This document shows positions 1-13,959 of a stretch of DNA of 64,000 nt, one piece after another. A program made the position numbers and the translations under genes. Source of the DNA: the human T2T-CHM13v2.0 reference genome, Homo sapiens; NCBI RefSeq assembly GCF_009914755.1, contig NC_060926.1; one strand, 5' to 3'. The notes beneath the pieces were generated by a model that worked only from the letters and a program-made list of their open reading frames with translations, was not told the origin of the DNA and did no database searches. Position 1 is the stretch's first letter. The number at the start of each line of letters is the position of its first letter.

Positions 1-894
1 ATGACATTTATGTTCTATTATCCCATTAAATGGGGGTGGGGTGCGCAGGGAGAGGAATACTTAGTCTTGCATTTAAATATTGTGACAGGCAATTATTCAG
101 CCAGATACATTTTCAAGACTGTTTAAGACAAGCAATACCCAGAAAATATGTTTATAATTTACGTGACAAAGATTAAGCAACAGACCTACATGTGATATAA
201 ATAACAATCAAAATCTACTTTAACAACATATTGGAATTTTTATAGAATGTTTCTTATAATAGCTCTTTGAATGTAAATTTGATCAAAGAAAGCAAAACAT
301 TTATCATATGCAGTGTAAACATTGGCTTTACCCATTCAATAAAAAAGATCAGTGAACAAAAATTTGACCATGTTAAGCATTTTCATTGCTAAAGTTAAAT
401 TTTCCACTGTATTTTTTCTAATGAATATAAAGTAACCAAAGTTACTCCTCAGGAGTAAAAAACATGTAATTGGCATTCTGCATTCAGAATACCGAAAGTT
501 TCACAACTTACTTCAAAATAGTTTCTACTTTACTAGTTCTTAATTCTTTTCTATTTCACATATCCGATAAATACAGCACACACCCAATGGCTTATTGCGA
601 CAAAAATTCTCAACTGTTCACAAGTGGGGGAAAATGGGGGAGCAGTATCAGAATTGGGAAAGGGGGGATAAATTACAAAGCCTTCTAAGAGAATAAAGCT
701 AAATAAATCCTTCTGCCTCCAAGTAGTCCATTTAGTTGGCTGGGGAGGAAAGGAAAATAGGCAATGTTTGATTTTTTCCCCCTGCTTAGGTTTTTCCTAA
801 TTTAGGAGCAGGAAGAAGCAAGAAAAATTGGCACAAATCCCTCAGGTTAGGCAAGGGATTAAGGATTACTAAAATTGAGTAATAGAACTATAGA

Positions 895-1797
895 TAGCCC
901 TCCACATCCTAAGAGTCAACCAATGGTAGATTGAGAATACTAACAACAATAATGAAAAATAACAATACAACAATAAAAAATAACACAAATTTAAAATACA
1001 GTACAACAACTATTTACATAGCATTTATAAGGCATTAGGTATTATAAGTAATCTAGAGATGACAAAGTATATGGGAGGAAGTGCATAGACTAGACACAAA
1101 TACTATGCTATTTTATATAAGGGACTTGAGCATCCATGTGTCAGAGGTGTATGAACCAGAGCAACTCCATCTTGAATAGGGGCTAGGTAAAATAAGGCTG
1201 AGACCTATTGGGCTACATCCCCAGGAAATTAAGGCATTCTTAGTCACAGGATGAGACAGGAGGTCCGCACAAGATACAGGTCACAAAGAACTTGCTGATG
1301 AAACAGCACTTGGTAAAGAAGCTGGCCAAACCCCATCAAAACGAAGATGGTGATGAAAGTGACCTCTGGTCATCCTCATTGTTCATTATATGCTAATTAT
1401 AACGCATTAGTATGCTAGAAGACACTCCCACCAGCCCCATGACAGTTTACCAATGCCATGGAAACTTCAGGAAGTTACCCTATAGTATAAAAAGGGGGAA
1501 ACCCTCAGTCCTGGGACTTGCCCACCCCTTTCCTGGAAAATTCATTCATGAATAATTCACCCCTTGTTTAGCATGTAATCAAGAAGTAACAATAAGTATA
1601 AGCAGCTCAGCAGCCTGTGCTGCTGCTCTGCCTATGAAATAGCCATTCTTTTGTTCCCTTACTTTGTTAATAAACATGATTTCACTTTACTCTATGGACT
1701 TGCCCGAATTCTTTCTTGCACGAGATCCAAGAACCCTCTCTTGGGTCTAGATTGGGACCCCTTTCCAGTAACACATAGATTTTGGTATCTGAGGGGG
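895..1797 (-). mobile_element. MER2 (Tigger-family DNA transposon relic), split by MER41B
   Basis: ACAACTATTTACATAGCATT...AAGGGACTTGAGCATCC resumes after the LTR as GATTTTGGTATC. Confidence 0.75.
1139..1773 (+). mobile_element. MER41B-like solo LTR (ERV1)
   Basis: TGTCAGAGG...AACCAGAGCAACTCCATCTTGAATAGG start, ...GGGACCCCTTTCCAGTAACA end, 4-bp TSD catg/cata. Confidence 0.88.
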
Positions 1798-1799
1798 AT

Positions 1800-3586
1800 G
1801 AGACTCAAGGCATAATTTACCTTAAATTCCTGCGAGCTGTGAGCCTGTGAAATCAAACAAGTTATCTACTTCCAAAATTCAATGGTGGGACAGGCATAAG
1901 ACAAACATTCCCATTCCAAAAGGGAGACATATCCAAGAAGCAAAGAGTAATAGGACCCAAGTAAGTCCAAAATTCAAGAGGATTACCTTGAGACTCCAAG
2001 ATAATCTTCCCTGACTCCACTTCAGGGCTTCCTGGATAAACTGGGATGGAGGCTGAGCCTCCACTACCTCAGGAAGCTCCACCCCTATGACTTTGCTAGG
2101 CTCAGTCCCACCCCTATGGCGCCCCTATGGCTTTGCTCAGACTTCAGCTCTCCCAAGATGGCACTTCATGCTGGTAGCTCTACAGTCCTGAGGTCTCAAT
2201 GGCAGCCCTGCTCCCATGGGTCCTCTAGGCATTGCCCTGGTAGAAACTTTGTGGCAGCTCTAACCCTATATTTCTACTGGGCATTGCTCTAGAAAGGCTC
2301 TCTGCAGTGGCTCTTCTCCTGGGACAGGTCTCTTGCCTGAGCCCCCAGACTGTTTTCAACAACCTCTGGAATCTAGGTGGAGGAATCCATGCCCCCACAG
2401 CTCTTGCATTCTACATGCCTACAGAATTAGTACCACCCCACAAACCCTCCTGAAAACCAATCTGACCTCCTAGAGCCCTGGGCCTGTGATGGGAGGGACA
2501 GCCTCAAAGATCTCTGGAATGCCTTCAAGGTTTTTTTCTAATTGTCTTGATGATATCTTCTATTTGTACAAATCTGCTCAGCAAAGGGTTGCTAGTCACA
2601 ACGTTGGGTTCCTCTCCTGAAAATTCTCTTTCATTCTTTTCCACACAGCCAGGCTGAGAATTTTCCAAAATTTTCTACTCTTCTTCCCTTCTAATTATAT
2701 TATGTCCTAAGTCATTCCTTTGCCCTCACATCTCTCTATAAGTGGCCACAAGTAGCCATGCAGCAGCCTGAATGCTTTGCTACTTAGTTATTTCTCCCAC
2801 CAGATAGCCTAGTTCATCACTCTTAAATTCAGCCTTCCATAAAGTCCTTAGGCATAGACACAGTTCATCCCAGTTCTTCACTAATTAATAACAAGGATGG
2901 CCTTTACTCCACTTTCCAACAGGGTATTGCTAATTGTCATCTGAGACCTTGTCATAATGGCCTTTGCTATCCATACTTCTATCAACATTTTGGTCACAAC
3001 CACTTAAATAATCTCTAAGAAGGTTGAGACTTTCCTAGTCTTCTCATCTTATGAGCACTCACCAGAATCACCCTTAACACTCCATTTACGGAAATATAGG
3101 CTTTTTCTAGACTGTTCTTCCAAACTTTACCAGCCTCTACCCATTACCTAGTTCGAAAGCTACTTCTATATTCTTAGGTAATCGTTATGAGCAACAGCCC
3201 CACTTCTCAGTACCAAATTTCTGTCTTAGTCCATTCTCTGTTGCTATAACTCAATACCTGAGACTGGGTAATTTATAAAGAAAGTACATTTATTTCTTAC
3301 AGTTCTGGAGACTGGGAAGTCCAAAGTCAAGGGGCCCATCTGATGAGGGCCTTCTTGCTGTGTCATAACATGGCAGAGGTCATCACTCGGTGAGAGAACA
3401 AAAGCATACCAGCTCCAGTCTCTCTTCTTATAAAGCCACCCACCAGTCCCATCACTGGGGCACCATCTTGATGATCTTATCTAATCCTAATTACCTCCCA
3501 AATATCTCACCTCCAAATATCATCAACAAATGAATTTGAGGACTGTTTCCAACACCTGAAATTTGAGACACATTCAAACCACAGCA
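1800..3586 (-). mobile_element. MaLR element: MLT1A/MST-type LTR (3222-3586) plus adjoining internal sequence (1800-3221)
   Basis: TGTCTTAGTCCATT...ATACCTGAGACTGGGTAATTTATAAAG...CATTCAAACCACAGCA; internal part begins GAAATTTGGTAC on minus strand. Confidence 0.8.
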
Positions 3587-4513
3587 GTAGGTATCAGACA
3601 GTTTCTATGTTTTGGTTACAGAAATAAATAAATTAGAAACCAGAAAGGAGCATGAAGGCTGAAAGTACTGGGCAAGTCATATCGAATCAGAGTTAATAGC
3701 TTTGGTAGAAAAACACAAGGAGTGTTTCTAAGAAGACAATTAGTGCCTTAGGGACAGACATCACACGGGGTAAGAATTGAAACACGAAAGTGAAGACTTC
3801 TAGATATTTTATTGAAATTCTATAAAATAACAAGTCCTCTATTTTCCTGAAGACTTCCATTTTATTTTCTCATTTGACTTGAATTATTAGGCCAAGAGTC
3901 CTCTCGCTACTACAATTACTTGTGTTAGGACACTAACAATTTTTGCAAAGGCTGGAGGTTAATAGAAAGAGTCTTCTTCTTGCCCCCCAAAAAATTCTGA
4001 CTCGGCGTTTGTATAATCTCTCACTGAGGGTTGCCCTTCTGAGGAACTACCTGAAGTAAACAAACTATAGTCTCAGATACTTCAGAAATCAGTATTTATT
4101 AAGGGTGACAAGTTTCAAATACACAGGATGCTGTACGGCAGGACTATTCAGTCTGGTTGGCTGAGGGATAGACAACAGAAATCTCCAAAGCAGCTCCAAG
4201 CATTCTTTCTTCTGTTACAGGCATTTTAAGAGAAGCATGAGGAATGCCCAGAAGTCGAAGAAATATCCCTCTTAGAAGAGCTCACTGGCATCTATCCCCT
4301 CATACCTCCTTCCAGTCACCTCTTATCTTTTCCCAGGACTCTGTGCTTAAATTCAATCTCATTATTAGCAGCCACCAACTCCTTCACCCCAATTCAGCCA
4401 TCACAGTCAAAACACAGATACCCTTCTCCAAACACTGGGATCTCAACTGAAGGAAATTAAAGGTAGTATATTCACTCAAAAAGGGTAAGCCCGACTATGG
4501 TAGAATTTCTTAC

Positions 4514-4771
4514 CAAGAATTGCACAGTAGAATCAGTGGGTCAAATCCAGCAACCAGAAGATGTGGCAACCACTCCTTATATTTTGCTTGTGCTTTAATT
4601 GCATGATTTACAAATTCATATATATGGTTCCATGGTCCCAATGAGCAACCTTTCCTCAAAAAGTAGCGAAATATCGAAAACTTCTCGTACTTCAGGCAGT
4701 ATGCCAAATGAAGTTCATTTATCTGGGCTCCATATTTCAAAAGAATGTTCACAATTCCAAAGAACTCACAG
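4514..4771 (-). CDS. ASB3: ASB3 coding exon, 258 nt, phase 2-2 ([15 protein letters not shown]...LILLCNSW)
   Basis: Acceptor ggtggag|CT after long U tract and CTAAC branch point, donor TG|gtaaga; frame continuity. Confidence 0.93.
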
Positions 4772-5221
4772 CTCCACCATAAAAAATAAAAACAAAAAAA
4801 GAAGAAGTTAGACTTTGACATAAGATACTTCTTACAAACAGTTAATAGTAGTTACAGCTGGGGAATAAGTATGGCAGATTAAATAGTGGATGGTTTCTAC
4901 ACATCTAGTGGATTGAGATTAGAGAATGTGGTGGGGCTTTTGCTTTTTACACCCTCCTGCATGGTTTTTAATTTTCAACTGTGAACAGGTATTATTATAA
5001 TTTAAAACATTCATCTTAAATGTCATTTTAAAAAAAATTATCATTGACAGAAAACTCAAATTGTGATATTTTGTACAAATGAGTATCTTTACTACAAAAT
5101 ACTTTGCTTAACAAAATCAATAAACAACGTGATCAATCCTTAAAACTAAATGATTCTAGGAATCTCTAAGATATCATTTTCCTTAGCAATAACCTTAGCC
5201 AATTTCCCTCCCACTTTAAAC

Positions 5222-5502
5222 TTATTTATTTTTCTAGATACAGGGTCTTGCTCTGTGGCCCAGGCTGACGTGCAGTGGCACAATCAAGGCTCACTGTAAC
5301 TGAACTCCTGGGCTCCAGTGATCCGCCCACTTCAGCCTCCTGAGTAGGTGGGACTACAGCTACATGCCACCATGCCTGGCTAATTTTTAAATTTTTTTGT
5401 AGAGACAGAGTCTCACTATGTTGCCCAGGCTGGTCTCAAACTCCTGGCCTCAATGAATCCTCCCGCTTTGGTCTCCCAAAAGGTATGCCACCGTGACTGG
5501 CC
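5222..5502 (-). mobile_element. Alu (J-like)
   Basis: Diverged Alu dimer, T-rich tail on left. Confidence 0.9.
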
Positions 5503-7716
5503 TTACATTTATAATGGTATTAAAAAAAATTTAAAAACTTTTTTAATTAACACAAATTTAATTTACAATAGTACATCTTAAAATTAATTAACTTCTATTA
5601 TTATCTCCATTGTAGATGCAAAAACTGAAGCTGAGTCACAGAGCTAGTAATTGGCAGAACTGGGATAATGATATCAAACCAAAATCTAACAGTGAATATG
5701 ACATAGCAAATTTCTGCAATATCTCTTCTCTATTATGAAAACTGAACACTTCATGATATAGCCAAATTGAAGAATATTTTAGAGCCAGATCTATGTTTTC
5801 CAAAGTAGGTTACACAGAACTTTAGTTCCTGAAAATGATCCATATGAAAAATACTCTCCAGTGAAAAAAACTGAGAAACCTCCTTATACAGTATACAGTG
5901 AGCCTGAGAAAGATAGGATGAATGTATTTTTAAACAATGTGTTAGTTACATTTCCAAATATATGCTCAATGTTTTTATTCAACTTTCAGATACTTTTCAG
6001 AAGAGGTACCTTTAAAATTAACAATGGGTCCAATCATTAATCTGAAAAAAGCAAACAAAAGTATAAAATGCCCAAAATTCTGTAAACACAAGAACAATGG
6101 TATATATACTTAAATATAAGTTCTATCCTATGTTTCTGGACTTTTCAAATCTTTGTAGATCCATTCCTCTTTTAGGAATTCACAAAGCACACTACAATAA
6201 GAAAAATTCTCAAAAGCCCTCTACAAAAGAAACATATTCAATATTATTTAATCCTGTACTTCCCAAACTTATTTAACAATACAACCCCTTTAATCCCATA
6301 TAATATCTATTAACAATCTACAGAATTAGTATTCTACCAAAACACACTTTAGAAAATCAGCTCTAAACCTCTTCCAATTATTCACATTGCCTTGTATTAG
6401 AAGGGGCAAGAGTAAATCCCAAAAGGCTTATAAAACTGCACAGTGCTACAATATAGACCATTTCCCAAAAAAACTACCATTTGTTTGAAGAATAAAATAA
6501 ACACAAAATAAACTGGAGAAGTATAGAGTTTTGTCAGCATGCCCTGAGCTTCTGGGAAGGTTATTAAAGAAGGTCTCAAATACATGTGCACACTACAGAA
6601 ACACAAGCAACTTCAACTTCAGGGCTCTATATGACCTTGATTATTACATGTCACTAAGCACACAATAAATCCTTGAGCATGGATAACCTCTGGTTAAAAT
6701 ATAAATTAGTATGTATTTCTCTTAACACTTCAACAAATTCTCTCTGTAGCCCTAATATCAAATTGAGAAAACTCTTCAAGTACCCGAGATTTAAACAAAA
6801 GTCTATCTTGTTTAACATAAATATCAAGAATTAATTGTGACATAGAGGGACTGTACATTATATAAGAAGTGAACAACATCAGATACTGAGAGGAGAGATT
6901 TAAAAATTAAAATCCAATGTCTAGACCTTATTTTGGGGGTTTGCACATTTTCTACCACTCCGCTCCTTGAAGTTCAAAACTATGCAGAAAAACAGTGCTC
7001 ACACATAAAAGAAGCACAGTAAGAGAAAATTCAACATGAAAACAAAATTTACTTTAAACAAATAGAAATGGGCAAATATCTTCAGCATTTTATGTTCAAT
7101 TAGCAAACAAAATATCCAACCAACTTATTAGGTGAATTATAACAGGCCAAATAGTGAGTTTTACTGAATGGCTTTCGACCATTAGCTGAAAACAAGATGA
7201 AGACATTCAGTTTTGTCAGATGTGCCCACACGATATGGTGGCTAGAATGGACACAATTAATTCTATGAAACTAATGTAATAACAATGATTAGTATCAACT
7301 AGAAAAACAGACAAAACCAGGTGAGCTAAGCCACAATCTACTTCTGTGGCCATATATAAAAGGCATTCATATTTGCTCAAACAGTCCTAAAACTTCTCAA
7401 CTTCCCTCTTCCTTTCCCATTCCATTTGGAGGAATCTTTTTCTTATATTTCCTCATTCGAGATGGATTACTCAATTACTCTTGAAAGACTGGCTTCATAT
7501 CAATATAGCTGCTAACTTTTTAGCTCCAAAGGACAAAAACTGCTTTTGTTGCAGGATCTATACAGTAGTGGAGGAGACACCTTTCCATCATCCCTGGGAG
7601 TGGTGAAAGGAGCTAAGTGTCATTCTCACAAAGAATACCTACCAAAAATGTTTCAGAACACTGATACTGAGCTTAAAAGTTGAATTAGCTGAAAAAATAA
7701 TAAGGAAGAGAAAACT

Positions 7717-7850
7717 TAAAACCTGGAGCACCTTAGGAGGCCAAGGCAGGAGGATCACTTGACCTCATAAGTTTGAGGCTGCGGTGAGCAATGATTGCAC
7801 TACTGCACTCCAGCCTGGGCAACAGAGTGAAATTCTATCTCAAAACAACA
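7717..7850 (+). mobile_element. Alu monomer (FRAM/FAM-like)
   Basis: GGAGGATCACTTGA...GCACTCCAGCCTGGGCAACAGAG plus A-rich tail. Confidence 0.8.
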
Positions 7851-8323
7851 AGAATAAAGAAAATCCAAAGCTGTTATTTATCATTTTCATCACCTTTTGG
7901 TGTTAATTGTACTATTTATAAAAGTAGATAAAAGTTTATTAGAATACAACAGGTCAATAGTGCAAGAAAGTCCACAAATAGTAAATTAATAGATTTCAGA
8001 GAAATACTAGAAAATATACAAATGAGAAAAGGGAAGTCTTTTAGCCATTAACACCTGAAGTCGGATAGGTGTTAATTACAACAATCATACCAAATTAACA
8101 CTATCATAACACATTGTTGCTATAAAAATAAAATTTTTAAACTTATACCATTAAACTTACTATCTATTACCAAATCCCTAAAAATTAGAATATCAAATAA
8201 TTAATTTTGGAAAATTGAATCTTCTAAGTTACCTGGTACCAGTATTGTGACCAAATTTGAATTCTTATAACTGGTAAAAGTGATATAGGAAATTCATGTA
8301 TCACTCATTAAGAAAAGTAAGAA

Positions 8324-8716
<393 letters not shown>

Positions 8717-10269
8717 TCATGTGATTGTAGGCAATCCAAATTTTAAGATGCTTACTTATCAAAAGAAATAACCAAAAACATATTTTTCAGCTTCAATTTT
8801 TTTCCCTCAGACACTGGTTATATGACCCTCTTGACATACCAAAGCAAAACCTACTGGGAAAATGATCATTTTCTTGCTTAATTGGAAAAGCTTCATACAG
8901 AAACTCAAAATGAATAAGTCTCATATTACATATACAGTAAATGTATAAGCAACCAGCCAGACATTAGATAATAAAAATGTGGTATTTAGTTTTCTTGGAA
9001 ATAATGAAAGGTTTTCCTTTACCTATTAGGTAACTGGTCTAAAAAAACAAAGATTCTGCATTTTATCAAGATGATTCCCTGTGCTTCATGTTGTCTTTAT
9101 TCTATCTGATTACTTATGAAAACTCTCTAATAAAGAACTCAGGTTTTTCTACAACTATATAACTTTCTGCATTTGCCTTTTGAAGCCATTTAATTATCAC
9201 TCTAGATGAGATAAGTGACTATTATTTCACATTGACCTCTGATCCTACTTTGGTAAAGTTTTTTGAACCTTGATATTTTTGACAAAATTCCCACAATCAA
9301 ATTCTACGTCTCTTTGACCTTAAAGTTTGCTATGTTCTATTTTATAGAATAAGGTGTTGCCCAATTCTAGAATGAAAAATAAAAAGACTAAGAGAATACA
9401 CCCTCCTAAAACAGATATTTTGAGGTTTTGACTTTATTTTTAAAGGCTAAAAATATAGCATTTTCCAATGACTACTTACTGAAAATCTACCTAAGAATAT
9501 ATTGGTTCAATTACAAGTCTCACATGAAAGAAAATCGCTCATATGCCCTTTCGATAGCACAAAAACAAATTGTAATTATGCTCACATGGCCACTTCAAAG
9601 AGCAAAATTTCTAAGAGATGCAAAAACAAAACACACAAAAAAAACAAAACTAAGTTTGTTAACTCATGTCTGTGACCAAGGACTACTGTACACCATACTG
9701 CTTCACCTTTACTTTTCTTTTTCTTCTTTGATCCGGGGAGAGACTAGGTCTCCCTTACATTTGTTTTATAGCAGTTTGATTTTTCTGACCATGCCTTTCT
9801 GTGAGTTTATCCTGTTTGGGTTTAACAGGCCTCTTAAATCTGTAAATTTATATCTTTATCCAATAATAGGAAGTTTTTGGCAATTATTAATTTACATATT
9901 TTTTCTGTGCCCAATCTCCTCTCCTTCTGGATTTTAATGACATGAATGTTAGACCTGTTGATACTGTCCCTTCGTTCCCTGACGCTCTTGTTTTTTTCTT
10001 CCATCTTTTTTCTCTTTTGTACTTCTGTGTGGATAATTTCTTTAAATTTGTTTTTAACCTTTAAATTTGTTAAACATTTGTAAATATTTGTAAATTACAA
10101 AAGCTAGTTGCCCAGAGAGGGACAGTATGAAAATATGAGTAGATGTTCCAAACAGGCAATATCCTAGAATGCAAGTACAAGGCACACATCCGGGCAAGGT
10201 GATCTGTACATATATTGACATTGAGACCAAAGACTCTCTCACCCAAAAAACTAGGGTTTTTTTAAGACA

Positions 10270-10450
10270 ATAATTACAAATTACAAAGCATTTTCACAAC
10301 TGTTAGCTCATTTGATCCTCAAAATAATTTTCTAAAGCAAGCTTAGGTGTTATTACTATCCCTATTTTAAAGATAATGGAATGAGATTTAGCAGAATGAA
10401 GTGAAATACCCAAAGTCACACAGCCATTATACATCTGTGACTCATCCAAG
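10270..10450 (-). mobile_element. MIR
   Basis: CTCATTTGATCCTCA...TATCCCTATTTTAAAGAT...CCCAAAGTCACACAGC core. Confidence 0.7.
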
Positions 10451-10687
10451 CCCAAGAATCATGCTCCATCCTTATCCCTCCACAAGGCATTGAGGAAGAC
10501 TAACATATAATAAATATGCTAATCTGATATAATTATTGATTCATTAATTCACAAATATATTTTTAATGCCTAATAGGAGTTAGATCAAGGGCAAATCCTT
10601 GCTCTCAAGGAGCTTACATTCTAATGAAGAAGCAGGTATGTAAACAGACAAAATATTATGTCTTTAAAAAGGAGTCAAAAGGCAGCT

Positions 10688-10999
<312 letters not shown>

Positions 11000-11344
11000 T
11001 TAATAGGAAGTCTTCCCCCAGCATTCTCAGCCCTGATTCTTATGCCCAATACTAGTTACTAAGAGAAATATACTTCTAGTGTGAAGAAAAGCAATTCATC
11101 CATTCTCACAATCTGGTAAACATATCCAACCTCTTTTGCTCAAGTGTTGAGCTAACAAAACAACCTTCCATATTGTCTTTAGGAACACTGGGTTGTCCGT
11201 TCCAGAAAGAGGAAATAAATACTATAAGTAACCTGTTGCTGTTTACCCTGCCCAGCTCTTCTTTTGCTGTGAATAAATAATTGTTCTGGTCTAAAAATCA
11301 GCTGTAGGAGAGTTACTATGGGTCAATTCTCTATACCACTGCCA

Positions 11345-11600
11345 TGCAGCGGACTTTTCTGTGATGATGTGCTATTCGGTAGGGTAGCTAGCCACACATG
11401 ACTCTTGAGCATTTGAAGGGTGGCTAGGGAAACTGAAGAAGTAATTTATAACGCTACTTAATTTTCATTAATTTAAATAGCCACATGTGGCTGGTGGCTA
11501 CCAATTTGGGCAGCACAGCTCTAGACTCTTGCTACTTAGTGTGGTCTGTGGATCAGCAGCATTGGCACCATCTTGTTAGCTTGTTAGAAATGCAGAGTAT
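11345..11600. mobile_element. hAT relics: MER3-like followed by left part of MER5A-like
   Basis: GCCACATGTGGCTGGTGGCTACC; GTGTGGTCTGTGGATCAGCAGCATT...CTTGTTAGAAATGCAGA, resuming at 12250-12288. Confidence 0.7.
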
Positions 11601-11601
11601 G

Positions 11602-12249
11602 GGCCAGGTGTGGTGGCTCACGCCTGTAATCCCAGCACTTTTGGGAGGCTGAGGCGGGCAGATCACTGGAGCTCAGGAGTTGGAGACCATCCTAGCTAAC
11701 ATGGTGAAACCCCATCTCTACTAAAAATACAAAAACAAAATTATCTGCGCGTGATGGCGGGCACCTGTAGTCCCAGCTACTCGGGAGGCTGAGGTGGAGA
11801 ATGGCATGAACCCAGGAGGCAGAGCTTGCAGTGAGCTGAGATCGCACCACTGCACTCCAGCCTGGGCGACACAGCGAGACTCCGTCTCAAAAAAAAAAAA
11901 AAAGAAAGAAATGCAGAGTATGCCGGGCACAGTGGCTCACGCCTGTAATCCCAACACTTTTGGGAGGTGAAGGGGGGCAGATCACTTGAGCTTACGAGTT
12001 ATAGACCAGCTTGGCCAACATGGTGAAACCCCATCTCTACTAAAAATACAAAAATTAGCCGGGTATGGTGTCACATACCTGTAATCCCAGCTATTCAGGA
12101 GGCTGACGCACGAGAATTGCATAAACTCGGGAGGTGGTGGTTGCAGTGAGCCGAGATGGTGTCACTGCCCTCCAGCCTGGGTGATAGAGTCAGACTCTGT
12201 CTCAAAAAAAAAAAAAAAGAAAGAAAGAAAGAAAAGAAAAGAAAAAGAA
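11602..12249 (+). mobile_element. Two head-to-tail Alus (11602-11906 Y/Sc-like; 11921-12249 S-like)
   Basis: Two full dimers with A tails, separated and flanked by AGAAATGCAGARTAT. Confidence 0.93.
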
Positions 12250-12285
12250 AGAAATGCAGAATATCAGTCCCCACCCTAGATCTAC

Positions 12286-13655
12286 TGATGTGGTTTGGAT
12301 CTGTGTCCCCACCCAAATCTCATGATGAATTGTAATCCCCAGTGTTGAAGGTGGGGCTTGGTGGGAGGTGACTGGATCATGGGGATGGGTTTCTCATAAA
12401 TGGTTTAGCACCATCCCCCTCGGTAGTGTCCTCACAGTAGGGAGTTCTTGTGAGAGCTAGTTGTTTAAAAGTGTGTGGCACCTCCCACACTCACTCTCTT
12501 GCTCCTGCTCCTGCCATGTAAGAAGCAGCCTGCTCTCACTTCGCCTTCTGCCATGATTATGTTTCCTGAAGTGTCTCCAAAAGCTGAGCAGACACCAACA
12601 TCATGGTTCCTGTACAACCTGTGGAACTATGGGCCAATTAAACCTTTTTCTTTATAAATTACCCAGTCTCAGGTATTTCTTTATAGCAATGCAAGAACGA
12701 ACTAATACAGAAAATTGGCACTGAAGAGTGGGGCATTGCTATAAAGATACCTAAAAATGTGGAAGCAACTTGGGAACTTGGTAATGGCAGAGAGTGGAAG
12801 AGTTTGGAGGGCTCTGAAGAAGACAGAAAGATGAGGGAAAGTTTGGAACTCCCTGAAGACTGGTTAAATGGTTGTCACCAAAGTGCTGATAGTGAATAAA
12901 AGTAAAGGCTGGGCTGACAAGGTCTCAGATGGAAAAGCAGAACTTACTGGGAAGTGAGCAAAGGTCACTTTTGTTATGCCTTAGCAAAGAACCTGAATGC
13001 ACTGTGCCCCTGCTCTGGGGACCTGTAGAACTTTGAACTTGAGAGTGATGATTTAGGGTACCTGGTGGAAGAAACTTCTAAGCAGCAAAGCAGCCTGTCT
13101 GCTTGTAAGAGCCTATGCTCATATGCATGAGCAAAGACAGGACCTAATGTTGGAACTTACATTTAAAGGAGAAGCAGAGTATAAAAGTTTGGAAAATTTG
13201 CAGCCTGGCAAATGGTAGAAAAGAAAAGCCTATTTTCAGGGAAGGAATTCAAGCAGACTTCAGAAATTTGCATTAAGTAAAAAGGAGGCAAGTGCTAATA
13301 GCCAAAACCACCAGGGGGTGGTGGAAGGCCTCAAAGGCATTTCAGAGACCTTCCCAGCAGCCTCACCCATCACAGGCCCAGAGGCCTAGGAGGACTGAAT
13401 GGTTTCATGGGCCAGGCCCAGTGCCCCACTGTCCTCCACAGCCTTGGGACACTAGTCCCTGCATCCTAGCCACTCCTGCTATGGCTCAAAGGGGCCCAGG
13501 TACAGCTCAGGCCACTGTTTCAGAGGGTACAAGTCACAATGGTGGCTTCCACATGGTCATGGTGTTAACCCTGTGGGTGCACAGAATTTAAGAGTTGAGA
13601 TTTGGGAGACTCTGCCTAGGTTTCAGAGGATGTCTGAAAAAGCCTAGATGCCCAG
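12286..13655 (+). mobile_element. MSTA/MSTB LTR (12286-12709) plus truncated MST internal region
   Basis: TGATGTGGTTTGGATCTGTGTCCCCACCCAAATCTCAT...AAATTACCCAGTCTCAGGTATTTCTTTATAGCAATG...AATACA then GAAAATTGGCAC. Confidence 0.88.
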
Positions 13656-13959
13656 CATAAAGGGCCTTCTTTCTTTGCATTGGTCTTGCCTCTACCCCAT
13701 AAACATACCAGAAAGAGGAGGGAAGGAGAGAGCCTGGAACACTGAAATCTAAAGAAAGTTAGTATAAGATGTTTAGATGAAGGCTGGAGGTGGAAAGAGC
13801 ATGTTTCTCAGGGATATTTGTACAAAATAAAATGATGGCATTTCCTTGATCATTACTGAATATGAATGATGGGTCTATGGGAGTTCACTGTACCAATTTC
13901 TTTACATTTACATATGTTTGAAAATTTCAAAATTAAAAAACAGCAATTTCAGAGATAAT

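Noticed and set aside
8800-9330. Possible ERV1 (MER4-group) internal fragment
   Set aside because: Only a vague resemblance; family and boundaries cannot be supported without a search
9428-9937. 169-aa ORF on + strand
   Set aside because: TTG start, low-complexity composition, runs into antisense L1-like sequence, no recognisable domain
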